Made by a program: the position numbers and the translations under genes
The notes under the pieces: generated by a model
Database searches by the model: none
What the model saw: only the letters and a program-made list of their open reading frames with translations
Told to the model about the DNA's origin: nothing
NCBI GenBank assembly: GCA_039621445.1
Contig: CP154954.1
Coordinates: forward strand, 41,409,572-41,473,571
DNA length: 64,000 bases
Reading direction: 5' to 3'
Source of the DNA: Euglena gracilis
Lineage: Eukaryota
In this document: positions 63,686 to 64,000 of the stretch, piece after piece
Position numbering within the stretch: the first letter of the stretch is position 1
Layout of the letters: each line of letters starts with the position of its first letter

Positions 63686-64000
63686 GGATGGAGGTGGAGA
63701 CACGGCAACGCCCCCAAATAACATAATGCAGCACCACGCCCAACTCTATGGAGATTTTGTGCCTGTTATTTTGGGGGGGCGCCCAAAAGAAAGCCTGGGA
63801 GGGGAACATTTGAACAAAATTATCCAAACTTAAAAATCACCACAAAATGCTTCACCAATTCCTCCAGATCTTATTTTTTTTTGCAATATTCAAACCTAAC
63901 GGGGTTTGGAACTTGTAAAAGCTCAATGTCATCCATTTCTGTGTTTTTTGATTTATCCCGTGATTTTTCCACCCGGTTCCCTTTGTCTGCACCATAGTGT

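Overview
Eukaryotic, repeat-dense DNA with many long G/C homopolymers, almost certainly from a euglenid, because a spliced gene here uses euglenid-type nonconventional introns (paired ends, CAG at +4..+6, CTG at -8..-6). Most ORFs in the track are low-complexity artefacts. Supported content: (1) a minus-strand double-CCCH zinc-finger gene (28269 to ~20536) assembled across three nonconventional introns; (2) inside its 5.5-kb intron, a decayed Crypton-like tyrosine-recombinase element with terminal inverted repeats, an adjacent 42-bp-arm hairpin and two 33-bp tandem arrays; (3) a ~12.5-kb decayed Ty3/gypsy chromovirus-like retrotransposon (minus strand) whose pol appears to carry a Dam/DIRS-type N6-adenine methyltransferase domain between protease and RT, whose gag and pol are in frame across one UAG followed by a hairpin, and which is followed by a ~1,780-codon unknown ORF; (4) a minus-strand gene (63685 to <=50057) starting MGC, built from phase-2 exons that each carry an unrecognised 'FDGAxSFxPRF' peptide repeat; (5) many non-autonomous DNA transposons, mostly CAG...CTG-ended with 8-bp target-site duplications. 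All protein family calls come from reading motifs by eye; no searches were run.
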